Source: Rhodothermales bacterium
GTDB taxonomy: Bacteria; Bacteroidota; Rhodothermia; Rhodothermales; VXPQ01
NCBI GenBank assembly: GCA_965223485.1
Contig: OZ244993.1
Span: 2,089,527 to 2,153,526, forward strand
Length of the DNA stretch: 64,000 nt
Reading direction: 5' to 3'
Part shown: positions 16,616 to 25,314 of the stretch, in pieces
Numbering within the stretch: position 1 is the stretch's first letter
Layout of the letters: each line of letters opens with the position of its first letter
Notes under the pieces: generated by a model
What the model was told of the DNA's origin: nothing
Databases searched by the model: none
Seen by the model: the letters and a program-made list of their open reading frames with translations, nothing else
Program-made: the position numbers and the translations under genes

Positions 16616-18913
16616 CGAAAGCTCGACTTCCGTCGGAAGCTCCTCGCTTTCCGTACCTACGCCCGACACGACCGTGATTGTCGTCGTAGCCGAAATCATG
16701 TGATGCTCACGGTCTATTCCCCAAACCGTCACCATCGCAGAGCTAGCACCGGTAGGCGTGATCGTCAGCGTCGCTGCGGCCGGGTCCAGCACGAGGCGCA
16801 TGGCCGATGTGGTCACGTCATTCTCCTTGCTTTGGTTCGCGTAGACATGAGGGGCTACCACATCATCAGGGAAACGCATCTTGTACAACAGCCCGCCCGG
16901 AAGCGCATCGCCTGTAGCCGCATTCGGGTCGATGAAGAGCGGGATACGATCCTTTACCTCCTTCTGACCCGTGAGATTCGTCAGATGCACTACCACCGGC
17001 GCATCGCCCGTATTCAGCATGATGCCCGTGGCAAGAACGGCGTATACAGCCAGGTTCATGTTCACAACCGGCTTCGTGGCCGTCTTGACGGTCAATGTGA
17101 ATGTCACAGGGAGACTGGTCTCGTCAAGGTTGTTCGTGGCCATGACCGTAACGGTGGTCGGCTTAGTGCCAGCCCGCCATATCGGCGTAATCGTCATCAT
17201 ACTGCCTTCCACAGTGATCACGGCAATGGAGTCCTTTGGCGTCGCCGTATACGTCAATCCCTCCTTCGCGGGATCCGCGAATGCAGCAGGTTCGCCAGTC
17301 TTATCGCCGTTCAGATCTTCCAGATCCACCGTAATGGCGTTCCCGTCCGCTACTACTTCCCGGCCACCAATGGCTACATCCGCCATCGGCGAGGTCTTGG
17401 TCACGACCGTCACCATGACGGAATGCGATGTGGATTGGGCAAAGCGGAATTGAGCTTTACGGGAAGCCACTTCCTTTTTGTCGGCAGCTTTTTCATCCTC
17501 GTCGCGCTCGTCATCTGCCGCAGTGCCGGTGTATCCCATAACCCCAAATGTACTGCCATCGGATTCATCCGTAAAGCAGTAAGCCGCCACGCCCCGAATA
17601 GTAGACGTTTGTTGAACTGCCTCAACTGCCGTTTCCGCCGGAGTATTCGGATCAGTGCTGGTGTCTTCTAACCTGCACATCTCGCCCTTGTCCGTAGCGG
17701 TAACTTTGAATGTTATCACACCCGGCGCACGCGGACGGATATTTAACTTGGTTCCCATTCCGCTAACCGTGGCAACCATAGACGGAACAATGTAAGTCAC
17801 ATCCGGGGCCGTGCCTACTGACGCAGCCGACGCGTCGCTGGTCTCGATCTTGTATTCAAGCATTCCCCCGCCTACCCCGGTAGGATTCGGGGCAGGTGCC
17901 GCCCCCGCCATGAATGTAGTCGAGAAGTCTATGTCTGTATTGTCCAAAGCATCTTCCCGCAGAACCATAGCCCCGGGGGCATTAGCGCTAACGACATAAG
18001 GCGAGCTTCCTACACCTACCGATACCGGAACCTGCCATCTGGCGTATTCACCGGCGCCGTCCGTTGCGAATAACCAAACGTCGGTCATGTCGCCGTCCGC
18101 CGCGTCCTTCGTAAGCGAAATCGTCAGTTTGGCATCATCGGTGGACACCGATACAATATCTTGAGCGTCTTTTGCGTCGTCTGCGACGACCGCTCTCGAC
18201 GTCTTGTGTACCTTATCGGCTTGTGCCCTGTAGGTAAGAAAAACGTCGTTCCGATCAGTGAAGAATGCGTTCAAGTCCTTGAGTGCATCAGGGACAACCG
18301 ACGTTCTATCTCGCAACTGCAAGGCTACGGTATTCGCAGCCATCTGGGAAGCCGCATTATCTTTGTCCACTATCTGGGGCGAATTGGCCGACATGATCTC
18401 AACGTGGACGGGCTTAAGAGCGTCGTCAGTCATCTCGTCCTCGTCAGTAACCCTATCATACACGGGATCCACAGCGATTTTGAAGGCGCCGGGCGCAATC
18501 GGGTTGATTGTCAGCATACCCGCGCTAATGCTGACCAATGCATGCGGCCCGACGAGAAACGAGGCGGTATTGTTCGAGTCGTGTTCAGCAGCAGGGGTCT
18601 GATCGTCGCCATCGTCTACGGTAAGATCGACCGCTTTCGCTGTCCCGATCTGGTAGTGATGCACCCCCCAAGTACCGGGAACTGCACCTGGAAACTCGGT
18701 TGTCAGGTCAATGACTATCTCCCCGCCTCCTACGCGGAGGACCTTGGGCTGCGCCATTGCGGACCCCACACCCAGGAAGCCCGCCAGCAACAGGCAAGCC
18801 GCAAGGCGGCCGGTGAAAGCGATACCGCCTGCGGTGGGCCGCAAGCCGTTCCGGGCCCGCACCTCGGTGCAAGTGCGGTTGATCGCATTGAATTTCTGAA
18901 GCAAGAACGTCAT
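16370..18913 (-). CDS. Large adhesin-like T9SS cargo protein, paralogue 2 (847 aa)
   Basis: Its signal peptide and CTD are near-identical to those of paralogue 1. The C-terminal half is clearly homologous (e.g. VVTKTSPMADVAIGGREVVADGNAITVDLEDLNGDKTGEP), whereas the N-terminal half has strongly diverged. Confidence 0.8.
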   Translation of the reverse strand: MTFLLQKFNAINRTCTEVRARNGLRPTAGGIAFTGRLAACLLLAGFLGVGSAMAQPKVLRVGGGEIVIDLTTEFPGAVPGTWGVHHYQIGTAKAVDLTVDDGDDQTPAAEHDSNNTASFLVGPHALVSISAGMLTINPIAPGAFKIAVDPVYDRVTDEDEMTDDALKPVHVEIMSANSPQIVDKDNAASQMAANTVALQLRDRTSVVPDALKDLNAFFTDRNDVFLTYRAQADKVHKTSRAVVADDAKDAQDIVSVSTDDAKLTISLTKDAADGDMTDVWLFATDGAGEYARWQVPVSVGVGSSPYVVSANAPGAMVLREDALDNTDIDFSTTFMAGAAPAPNPTGVGGGMLEYKIETSDASAASVGTAPDVTYIVPSMVATVSGMGTKLNIRPRAPGVITFKVTATDKGEMCRLEDTSTDPNTPAETAVEAVQQTSTIRGVAAYCFTDESDGSTFGVMGYTGTAADDERDEDEKAADKKEVASRKAQFRFAQSTSHSVMVTVVTKTSPMADVAIGGREVVADGNAITVDLEDLNGDKTGEPAAFADPAKEGLTYTATPKDSIAVITVEGSMMTITPIWRAGTKPTTVTVMATNNLDETSLPVTFTLTVKTATKPVVNMNLAVYAVLATGIMLNTGDAPVVVHLTNLTGQKEVKDRIPLFIDPNAATGDALPGGLLYKMRFPDDVVAPHVYANQSKENDVTTSAMRLVLDPAAATLTITPTGASSAMVTVWGIDREHHMISATTTITVVSGVGTESEELPTEVELSQNYPNPFNPQTTIDYALPKAGDVSLVVYDMLGREVDVLLDGPQAAGRHTVRFGANHLPNGTYVYRLVAADKTITRTMVLVK

Positions 18914-19029
18914 GGCTTATGCTCAATGTTGGTTAAAATGACGTGCCACCCTCACAGAGAGTGATCATTTTGGTATGGGTGGGTGTGTCCAGGCAGGTGT
19001 ACGCGCTTAGTGTGTACCCGTAAGGGCAC
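18746..19029. repeat. 5' inverted-repeat arm B
   Basis: It is the reverse complement of 11128-11411. Confidence 0.9.
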
Positions 19030-19063
19030 TTGATGGACATGACGTGATCAGGAAGCCCTGTCT

Positions 19064-19098
19064 CAAAAGAAAACCCCGCGCCGGACGACCGGGCGGGG
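19064..19098 (-). terminator. Rho-independent terminator of the recombinase gene
   Basis: On the minus strand, GCCCCGCCCGG-tcgt-CCGGCGCGGGG is followed by TTTTCTTTT, about 100 nt after the integrase stop. Confidence 0.65.
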
Positions 19099-19201
19099 CT
19101 TTTCTCGCGAAATGCCGGAAAGCAGGGGGCATATTCCCTGTAAAGCCGGCGGAATCGTTGAGGCGACAACGACCTGCCGCCAATCCGCGGTATGTATGAC
19201 G

Positions 19202-20134
19202 TTATATCCCTATGAAATCGGCAGCGGAATTGTTGAGTTTGTCCTGCTGGTGAATGTAGCGCAAGGTTGTATTGATGCTCTTGTGCCGCGCATGGGTCTG
19301 TACCTGATGGAGGGTTGCGCCTGCTTCCAGCGCAAGCGTGCACCCTGTATGCCTGAGTGTATGGATGGAAATTTCGGGCGGCAATCCGGCCCGCTTTGCT
19401 GCCCGCTTAATGACGTGGGTTATCTGCCGCGTACCCAAACGGGTGCCCAACGTCCGGCCTATCATTGATCTCCATAGCGGCCCGGATTCGATCCTGTAGT
19501 ATGCCTGCATCTCCTGTATTTCCTCCACCACGTGAACGGGGACCTTCACGAATTGGTTGACGCCGCCCTTCGTTTCCGGCAGGTCGATCACCCAATGCCC
19601 ATGCAGCCTTCGGATGTGCTCTACGTCCATGGCGCCAATTTCGGAGCGCCGGAGCAGGCAGTTGAGGAGCGTCAGCACAATTGCATGATTGCGCTTTGCC
19701 GTATTGCAGCGATCCTGTCGTGGGTCAACGAGCGTCGCGTCGAGCAGACGTTGGGACTCTTCTTTGGACAAGGCGAATATCTTCCGCTGAGTCCTGCTCT
19801 CTTTCCTCCGCTTACGGATAAGGTGCTTGTCCGCGGGATTTTTGTGAACAATGTCCATTGCACAAAGCCAATCGAAGAAGACTGCCGTGGCGGTTACGAA
19901 TCCTTCGACGGTAGCGGGTGCGAGAACGTTTTCCGCCTCTTCGATTTGCTTGTTGACGTAATCGGTGGTAATCGCTGCGGCTTCTTTCATGGTCACCGAC
20001 CCCCTCCCGAAGAATCTGGTCAGGTGATAGTGATAAATGCGAATCGTGTTGGGGCGTTCGTATTTTGCGAGGAATCTCTTGATCAAGTCGGTATCGACGT
20101 TGATATGAGTCGCTTGCTCGTTTTGAGTGATCAT
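19202..20134 (-). CDS. Tyrosine site-specific recombinase/integrase
   Basis: The C-terminal catalytic region reads ..LLRRSEIGAMDV.., HTLRHTGCTLALEAGATLHQVQTHARHKSINTTLRYIH (R..HxxR..Y). An N-terminal SAM-like domain is present. Confidence 0.85.
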   Translation of the reverse strand: MITQNEQATHINVDTDLIKRFLAKYERPNTIRIYHYHLTRFFGRGSVTMKEAAAITTDYVNKQIEEAENVLAPATVEGFVTATAVFFDWLCAMDIVHKNPADKHLIRKRRKESRTQRKIFALSKEESQRLLDATLVDPRQDRCNTAKRNHAIVLTLLNCLLRRSEIGAMDVEHIRRLHGHWVIDLPETKGGVNQFVKVPVHVVEEIQEMQAYYRIESGPLWRSMIGRTLGTRLGTRQITHVIKRAAKRAGLPPEISIHTLRHTGCTLALEAGATLHQVQTHARHKSINTTLRYIHQQDKLNNSAADFIGI

Positions 20135-20311
20135 GGCGTTAACCGGTTTATTTTGCGTAATTCCGACATCCCTTCAATGCTGTAAGAAGAGATTCGGACA
20201 AACCGGATCATGCTTTGGATATACTGTCCCGGGAAGCTTGGCGGCAAAAGGCCACGGCGCTCCCTTACTGCCCGCGACAGCGAGCCTTCCTCCCACCCCA
20301 CAAACACACAA

Positions 20312-20341
20312 GGCCCCCGCCGCCTTGCGGCAACGGGGGCC
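20312..20341 (-). terminator. Variant GNRA-loop hairpin downstream of the decayed third paralogue
   Basis: On the minus strand it reads GGCCCCCGTTGCC-GCAA-GGCGGCGGGGGCC followed by TTGTGTGTTTGTGGGG, the same flank as after paralogue 1. Confidence 0.45.
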
Positions 20342-20384
20342 TTGCTTGAGCATCAGCCGAGAGGCGCCTGCCCTCTCTCGTTGC

Positions 20385-21265
20385 TTATTTGAGTAGAACC
20401 ATCGTGCGCGTAATGGTCTTGTCTGCCGCCACAAGGCGGTACACGTAGGCGCCGTTGACGGTCACTTTGAATGTCTGCGGCCAGGTTTCGCCGCTGGCGT
20501 CCTTTGAGGATACCGTATACGTCAACGCACTATCGTCGGGGGTTTCGAACGCAGGCTGAGCGCCGTCCTCTTTGGTGTCTACATCCGCCATATCTATCTG
20601 CATGGCGTCGCCGTCGGCATCCAGTTCCTGATCAGGAATCTTCGTCTTTACTATCGGCGCATCCTTGGATACGATCGTCAGTACAAAGGTATCCTCCACG
20701 GTCTGCGCCTGCGGATCCGTGGCTTTCACCGTAAGGGTGACGCTTCCCGTCGTACGCGGGCGGATCGTGATCTCGCGTCGGAATTGGGCCCGATGTTCGT
20801 CAGGTCGATCTCCGTTCTCATGTACGACGTAATGAATACGTAGGGCGGGTTGTCACCTACTTTCACCGCCGAGTCGTCACTATAGTAACTTCGTACGCCA
20901 AGGCGTCGCCATTGCCGTCCCCGAAGGTTCCAAACAGGTACACTTTCGTGTCGTTTGCGTCATCCTCGCGTATGACTACGTCATTGAGCGGGTTGGCAAC
21001 GTAGGGCTTGGTTGCGCTTGATACGTTCACGCCAATGCGCAATCGGGCGTATTCCTGGGCGCCAGTCTGTTGGCCTGGCTGTCGGTCAATTGCGCCACCG
21101 CCGGCGAAAAAGAAGCGGCGAGTGCGGCGGAACTGTTCGATATATCCCGGTTCTCTATTCCGAGTTCGTCCAGGGTCGTTACCGCATAGTAGATGGAGGC
21201 GCCGAGGGAGGGATGGGGCAATTCGTCCGGGCGCCGGGGTTTTTGCCCCTGAGAGGCAGGGGTTG
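20385..21265 (-). pseudogene. Decayed third copy of the adhesin-like T9SS cargo gene
   Basis: Homologous segments lie in different frames: ..GAQEYARLRIGVNVSSATKPYVANPLNDVVIREDD.., ..REITIRPRTTGSVTLTVKATDPQAQ.., ..ALTYTVSSKDAS... Internal deletions join ..FKVTV directly to the last CTD strands, NGAYVYRLVAADKTITRTMVLLK*. The 5' part is missing; the remnant abuts the stop of the methyltransferase gene. Confidence 0.75.
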
Positions 21266-21267
21266 CC

Positions 21268-22101
21268 TTACCCCACCCGCGCATACGCCGTCACATGCGG
21301 CGGCAGGAGGAGGGGGCGTTTCGCCGCCTTCACTTCCTGCTTCAGCCGCTCTTCCAGCGTGTCCAGGTCCACTTCTTCCGCGGTCGCAATGCCGAGTTGC
21401 TCGAAGAGCGGCATGAAACTCGTGAATCCCTGCACGGCGTACGGGTAGCCGGCCCATGCATCCGCACCGCCCACGAGCGCTTCGTAGTGCATCATCGGGG
21501 CGGGCAGGCCGGCGTCCACGAAGGTGCGGTACAGGCCGAAGCCCATATCCGTAGCCGCTCCAGACCGCTCGAACACCTCGATGACCCAATCTTTCAGTTT
21601 GTTCATCAGGGGCGTATCGGGATGTTCGAAGGTGCGGTACTGCGTGAAGTCCGCCTCCTGAAACGCCACAATGCCGCCGGGGCGGAGGCGCCGTGCGAAT
21701 CCTTTCACGGCTTCTGCGGGATCGGCCATGTACATGAGCACGAGCCGGCCTGCCACGGCGTCGAAGTCGTTCCCAAGATCCAGTGTACGGGCGTCGCCCG
21801 CCACGAATTCGACGTGTTCATGCCCGGCGGCTTCGGCGCGCGCCCGGGCGGTTTCCAGGATCTGCGGGTTCATGTCCACGCCGGTTACGTGGCCTTCCGG
21901 GCCGACGAGGCCTGCAAGGGCCAGCGACACGTCCCCGGCGCCGCTTCCGATGTCCAGCACCTTCATGCCGGGGCCGATGCCGGCTTCCCTGAAGAAGCGC
22001 AGCGTGACGCCCTCGTAGAGCAGCGACTGGGAAATAAGGCGTTCGGTTTCTTCCTCGCTGCGTCCCATGGTGTAGGTCGGGTCGGCATTCGGTTTGGTCA
22101 T
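21268..22101 (-). CDS. Class I SAM-dependent methyltransferase
   Basis: VLDIGSGAGDVSLALAGLV is motif I. GVDMNPQILETAR, FDAVAGRLVLMYMADP and LRPGGIVAF follow. Confidence 0.8.
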   Translation of the reverse strand: MTKPNADPTYTMGRSEEETERLISQSLLYEGVTLRFFREAGIGPGMKVLDIGSGAGDVSLALAGLVGPEGHVTGVDMNPQILETARARAEAAGHEHVEFVAGDARTLDLGNDFDAVAGRLVLMYMADPAEAVKGFARRLRPGGIVAFQEADFTQYRTFEHPDTPLMNKLKDWVIEVFERSGAATDMGFGLYRTFVDAGLPAPMMHYEALVGGADAWAGYPYAVQGFTSFMPLFEQLGIATAEEVDLDTLEERLKQEVKAAKRPLLLPPHVTAYARVG

Positions 22102-22742
22102 GATGTGTACAGGTCTGAAAATCGTAAGAAAGGAGCGGTTTTATGATGTTGTTTTGATGATGTTTGTATCCCTGCCGCTCGCCAGGGAATCACGTGGGCA
22201 TATCCTGCTAAAATGCTTCGTGCGGAGTGGGAATGTCAAGTAAAAAGTATGTGAGGAATGTTGGGATGGCGCAACGCCCGAATGAGCATTTCGAATGGAT
22301 GCTTCGCCAGAGGGGAACTGCCCATATCTGGTGGAATAAAAAGGATACGCCCCCTTGATATGCCGCCTTTGTGTCGGAAACCACAGGCGTCCCGGAAACC
22401 CGATCAGGTGAGTCTCATGTCCTATTCGCTTAACGATATATTGCAATTCGCAAGCGTGAACTACGCCCAAGCCGCCGTGACCGGGCTGTTTGGCGTTATA
22501 GGATTGGGATTCCTTGCGTGGGCCAGTTGGGTCAGTAATGCTCTGAGAAAAAAAGGCATTATATACGAAAGTTGCCAGGCCGGGGCGGGAACAAGCCTTC
22601 ATTTCCGTTATTGCGATGCGGATATGGATGTGCGTACTGGAGGGAGGCGTGAGAAAAAGCGTGGAAAACTCTTGACATTGCTTCATTGGAACACGAAATT
22701 GCCCACCTCCAACACTCGCATCCACTATGGCAGTACAATGCA

Positions 22743-23075
22743 GTGGAAATATCATTCTCGACAACGAAACTGCAAGAATTGGCCGAAAATGACGACCTCC
22801 TACAAAGGCAATTTGGTTCAGATGTTGCTAAGGGAACACGTAAGTGTATAACCCTAATTAAGGCAGTCGCAAGCCTTAATGATATTGGACGTCGCAGGAG
22901 AACGCACAAATTGGATCGTGAATGGGAAGGACATTTTTCTATGCACGCCGCAAATGGCAGGTGCGTGGTGTTTAAACCAGACCACGATCCAGTTCCGATG
23001 CTTAAATCTGGTGGTATCGACCTAAAAGCGGTTACGCAGGTTCAAATCGTATTCCTCGGTGATTACCATGACTAA
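22743..23075 (+). CDS. HigB / plasmid-maintenance-killer-like toxin
   Basis: (V)EISFSTTKLQEL..LIKAVASLNDIG..HKLDREWEGHFSMHAANGRCVVFKP..IVFLGDYHD follows the killer-protein pattern (L..L.AA.SLNDL, H.L.G...G..S, terminal DYH). A GTG start at 22743 is assumed; the track ORF starts at 22686. The gene overlaps the antitoxin start by 17 nt. Confidence 0.55.
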   Translation: MEISFSTTKLQELAENDDLLQRQFGSDVAKGTRKCITLIKAVASLNDIGRRRRTHKLDREWEGHFSMHAANGRCVVFKPDHDPVPMLKSGGIDLKAVTQVQIVFLGDYHD

Positions 23076-23655
23076 TCAGACATTCACTCCGAACTGGACC
23101 GTCCATCCTGGAGAATTGCTCTTGGATGTTATGGAAGAGGATGGGATTACCAAACGGGCTTTATCGACCCGAACTGGAATGACCACTGAAGAAGTGGATG
23201 ATATACTTGAGGGCGGCGAGATAGATCAACGCCTTGCGTCGTTGCTGGAAAAGGGAACGGGCATGCCGTCGGATTTCTGGCTGAGAGCAGAGAGTAATTA
23301 TGCAAATGACCTGGATCGGCTCGCACCTCAAAGTGCAGGCCATCTGAATAACATCAACGACTTTGTACGATTACGAGGCAACGCCTCCGCTGCTTTCAAG
23401 GAGGTGCATGTGCAACTCATGGCGAGTGAGGAGTATTTTGAATATGCCCAACTTCTCAAGGATGCGGATGATTACATCCTGCTTGCAGAGTTAATGGACG
23501 AGACGGTCAATTTTCATTTGGACATAAATTCAAAAAAGGGCACATATGTCGCTTTTGGCCCAAAACTCGCGAAATTTCTTATTCAAAAAGCGATGCAATC
23601 GGAAGCGGTTGACGCTTCATCTTTTAGCGGACGCCCTCTGGTTTTGGCTGGTTGA
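23059..23655 (+). CDS. HigA-family XRE antitoxin with an extra ~100-aa C-terminal domain
   Basis: HPGELLLDVMEEDGITKRALSTRTGMTTEEVDDILEGGEIDQRLASLLEKGTGMPSDFWLRAESNYANDL is the HigA/VapI HTH signature. The C-terminal half matches no family I recognise. Confidence 0.7.
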   Translation: MITMTNQTFTPNWTVHPGELLLDVMEEDGITKRALSTRTGMTTEEVDDILEGGEIDQRLASLLEKGTGMPSDFWLRAESNYANDLDRLAPQSAGHLNNINDFVRLRGNASAAFKEVHVQLMASEEYFEYAQLLKDADDYILLAELMDETVNFHLDINSKKGTYVAFGPKLAKFLIQKAMQSEAVDASSFSGRPLVLAG

Positions 23656-23958
23656 GAATTCTACGGTCAAGGCATGAGGATTCATTGCGTGAACTCTCAG
23701 ATTCACGCAATCAGGTCTTTATACATAATCCGCTTCTGATCCATCCCTCTCGGGATGTGGGCCATCTGGTCGAGTGTGTCAAGTTCCCGGATATTGCGCC
23801 ATCCGGCAAACTCGTTCGCATGCAGGCGCGTCCGGCCGATCTCGAGGAACGCGTCCTTGTGTCCGCACTTCAGCATCGACCGTACGGGACGATAAAACAT
23901 GTATCGCCGCAATAATCGCTGCATTGTTACTTGAGGATACTCTGATCCTGCCTGTTCC

Positions 23959-24993
23959 ATGACGGATTCCCCCCGAAAAAGCGCCCTGGCCGCTCGCCTC
24001 GATGCGATCAACGAGTTCGACCGGGAGCCGGTCTCCAAGGACCGCCTGAGGGGCCCGGGCGGGTTCATCGGGTTGTATGCGGGCGAGCATGTCGCGGGTA
24101 CCGAATTCGTGATCGGGCCGCTTTTCGTGGCCCATGGCGTAGCGACGGGCGATCTGCTGCTTGGCCTGCTTGTGGGCAATTTGCTGGCCGTACTGTCGTG
24201 GGCTTTTCTGTGTGCGCCCATCGCCACGAGGACCCGGCTGAATCTGTACTGGCGCCTGCGCAAGATTACCGGTCCCAACCTGCTTTTCGTGTACAATATC
24301 GTCAACGCCCTGATGTTTTGTTTTCTGGCGGGGGCGATGATTTCCGTGGCCGCCACGGCGGTGGGCATTCCGTTCGATATGCCCATGCCGGGCTTGAGCG
24401 ACCTCTATCCCAACAGTGCGGCGTGGGTGGTGACGGTGCTGGTGGCCCTGGCTATTCAGCAGGGGGGCGAAGTGGCGCCCGGCCCGATTGCGTGGCTCGG
24501 AGCCGGGGTCGCCGGGTTGATTGCCGTGGTGCTGGCCGGGTGGACTACGGCGAATCCGACGATTTACCGCGCCGGCCTTGCCATGCAGACGATCACCCCG
24601 AACTGGAAGCGCTGGAAGGTGACCCTCGTGGTGGGAGGGGTTACGACCGTGGCGGCGCTGTTTCCCGCGCTGATGATGCGCCTGCTTGACTTCGTGGCGC
24701 TCTACGGGCTTATTCTGATGCCGATGGGGGCGGTGATTTTCGCCGATTTCTGGATTTTGCCCAGGATGGGGCTGCGCTCCGGGTACGCCGGCTGGAAACA
24801 GATCGCTTTCGATTGGCCCGCTGCCCTAACGTGGATAGGGACGCTGGGCGCATGCCGGTTGATGCATGTGATCTGGGGATGGGATATATTTTTCCTGGGC
24901 CTGCCCGGCTGGTTCATTGCGACGGGTCTCTTTATAGGGCTTAGCGTGATCCGGCAACGACCGGACCGGGCGCCCCTTGCCACGCATCCGTAA
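23959..24993 (+). CDS. Polytopic membrane transporter, NCS1/purine-cytosine-permease-like (candidate sugar importer)
   Basis: It has roughly 9-10 hydrophobic helices. GEHVAGTEFVIGPLFVAHG..GNLLAVLSWAF and TTANPTIYRAGLAMQ resemble NCS1-type permeases. At 344 aa it is short for that family. It sits immediately upstream of the rhamnose operon. Confidence 0.4.
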   Translation: MTDSPRKSALAARLDAINEFDREPVSKDRLRGPGGFIGLYAGEHVAGTEFVIGPLFVAHGVATGDLLLGLLVGNLLAVLSWAFLCAPIATRTRLNLYWRLRKITGPNLLFVYNIVNALMFCFLAGAMISVAATAVGIPFDMPMPGLSDLYPNSAAWVVTVLVALAIQQGGEVAPGPIAWLGAGVAGLIAVVLAGWTTANPTIYRAGLAMQTITPNWKRWKVTLVVGGVTTVAALFPALMMRLLDFVALYGLILMPMGAVIFADFWILPRMGLRSGYAGWKQIAFDWPAALTWIGTLGACRLMHVIWGWDIFFLGLPGWFIATGLFIGLSVIRQRPDRAPLATHP

Positions 24994-25063
24994 CGATTCC
25001 GCCGCTTTGCGCCCGCCGCCTCGCCGAACAGGTATTCGCAGCCATGTACGAAATCATACACCG

Positions 25064-25240
25064 ATGACCGCCGTGTTGAAAATACTGTCGTATGGTGGCC
25101 TTGCCCTGACGGTCGTTCCGGCTGTACTGGTGCTTGCGGGCGTATGGTCCTGGCGCACGCATACGGTGCTCATGCTGGTGGGCGCCGTGCTGTGGTTTGC
25201 GACATCTTCGTTCTGGATGGATCGCGCCGGTTCCTCCTGA
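25064..25240 (+). CDS. Small two-TM membrane protein, hypothetical
   Basis: MTAVLKILSYGGLALTVVPAVLVLAGVWSWRTHTVLMLVGAVLWFATSSFWMDRAGSS. It lies between the transporter and rhaI. There is no family call. Confidence 0.3.
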   Translation: MTAVLKILSYGGLALTVVPAVLVLAGVWSWRTHTVLMLVGAVLWFATSSFWMDRAGSS

Positions 25241-25314
25241 TAGCGGCCCGGCCGGGATACGCTGTGCGCCGTGCCGTCGAATCCGTATTCCATACCCCGT
25301 ATTGCTCTAACGCC

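Noticed and set aside
16700-18964. Plus-strand ORFs (16700..17671, 18161..18964) inside paralogue 2
   Set aside because: They are antisense frames. The minus strand encodes a full-length homologue of 11244..13718.
22141-22851. Overlapping 207-aa (-) and 197-aa (+) ORFs in the AT-richer spacer
   Set aside because: They are mutually exclusive, have no recognisable motifs, and the plus ORF runs out of frame into the HigB-like gene. A short TM-containing start (MSYSLNDILQFASVNYAQAAVTGLFGVIGLGFLAWASW.., from 22417) could be a real mini-protein but is unsupported.
23703-24386. 227-aa minus ORF; its 3' part (23703..23960, MEQAGSEYPQVTMQRLLRRYMFYRPVRSMLKCGHKDAFLEIGRTRLHANEFAGWRNIRELD..) looks protein-like
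   Set aside because: The upstream two-thirds is antisense to the transporter gene. The ~85-aa tail could be a small independent gene divergent from the transporter (start codons back to back at 23958-23961). I cannot assign a family or regulatory signals, so it is not called.
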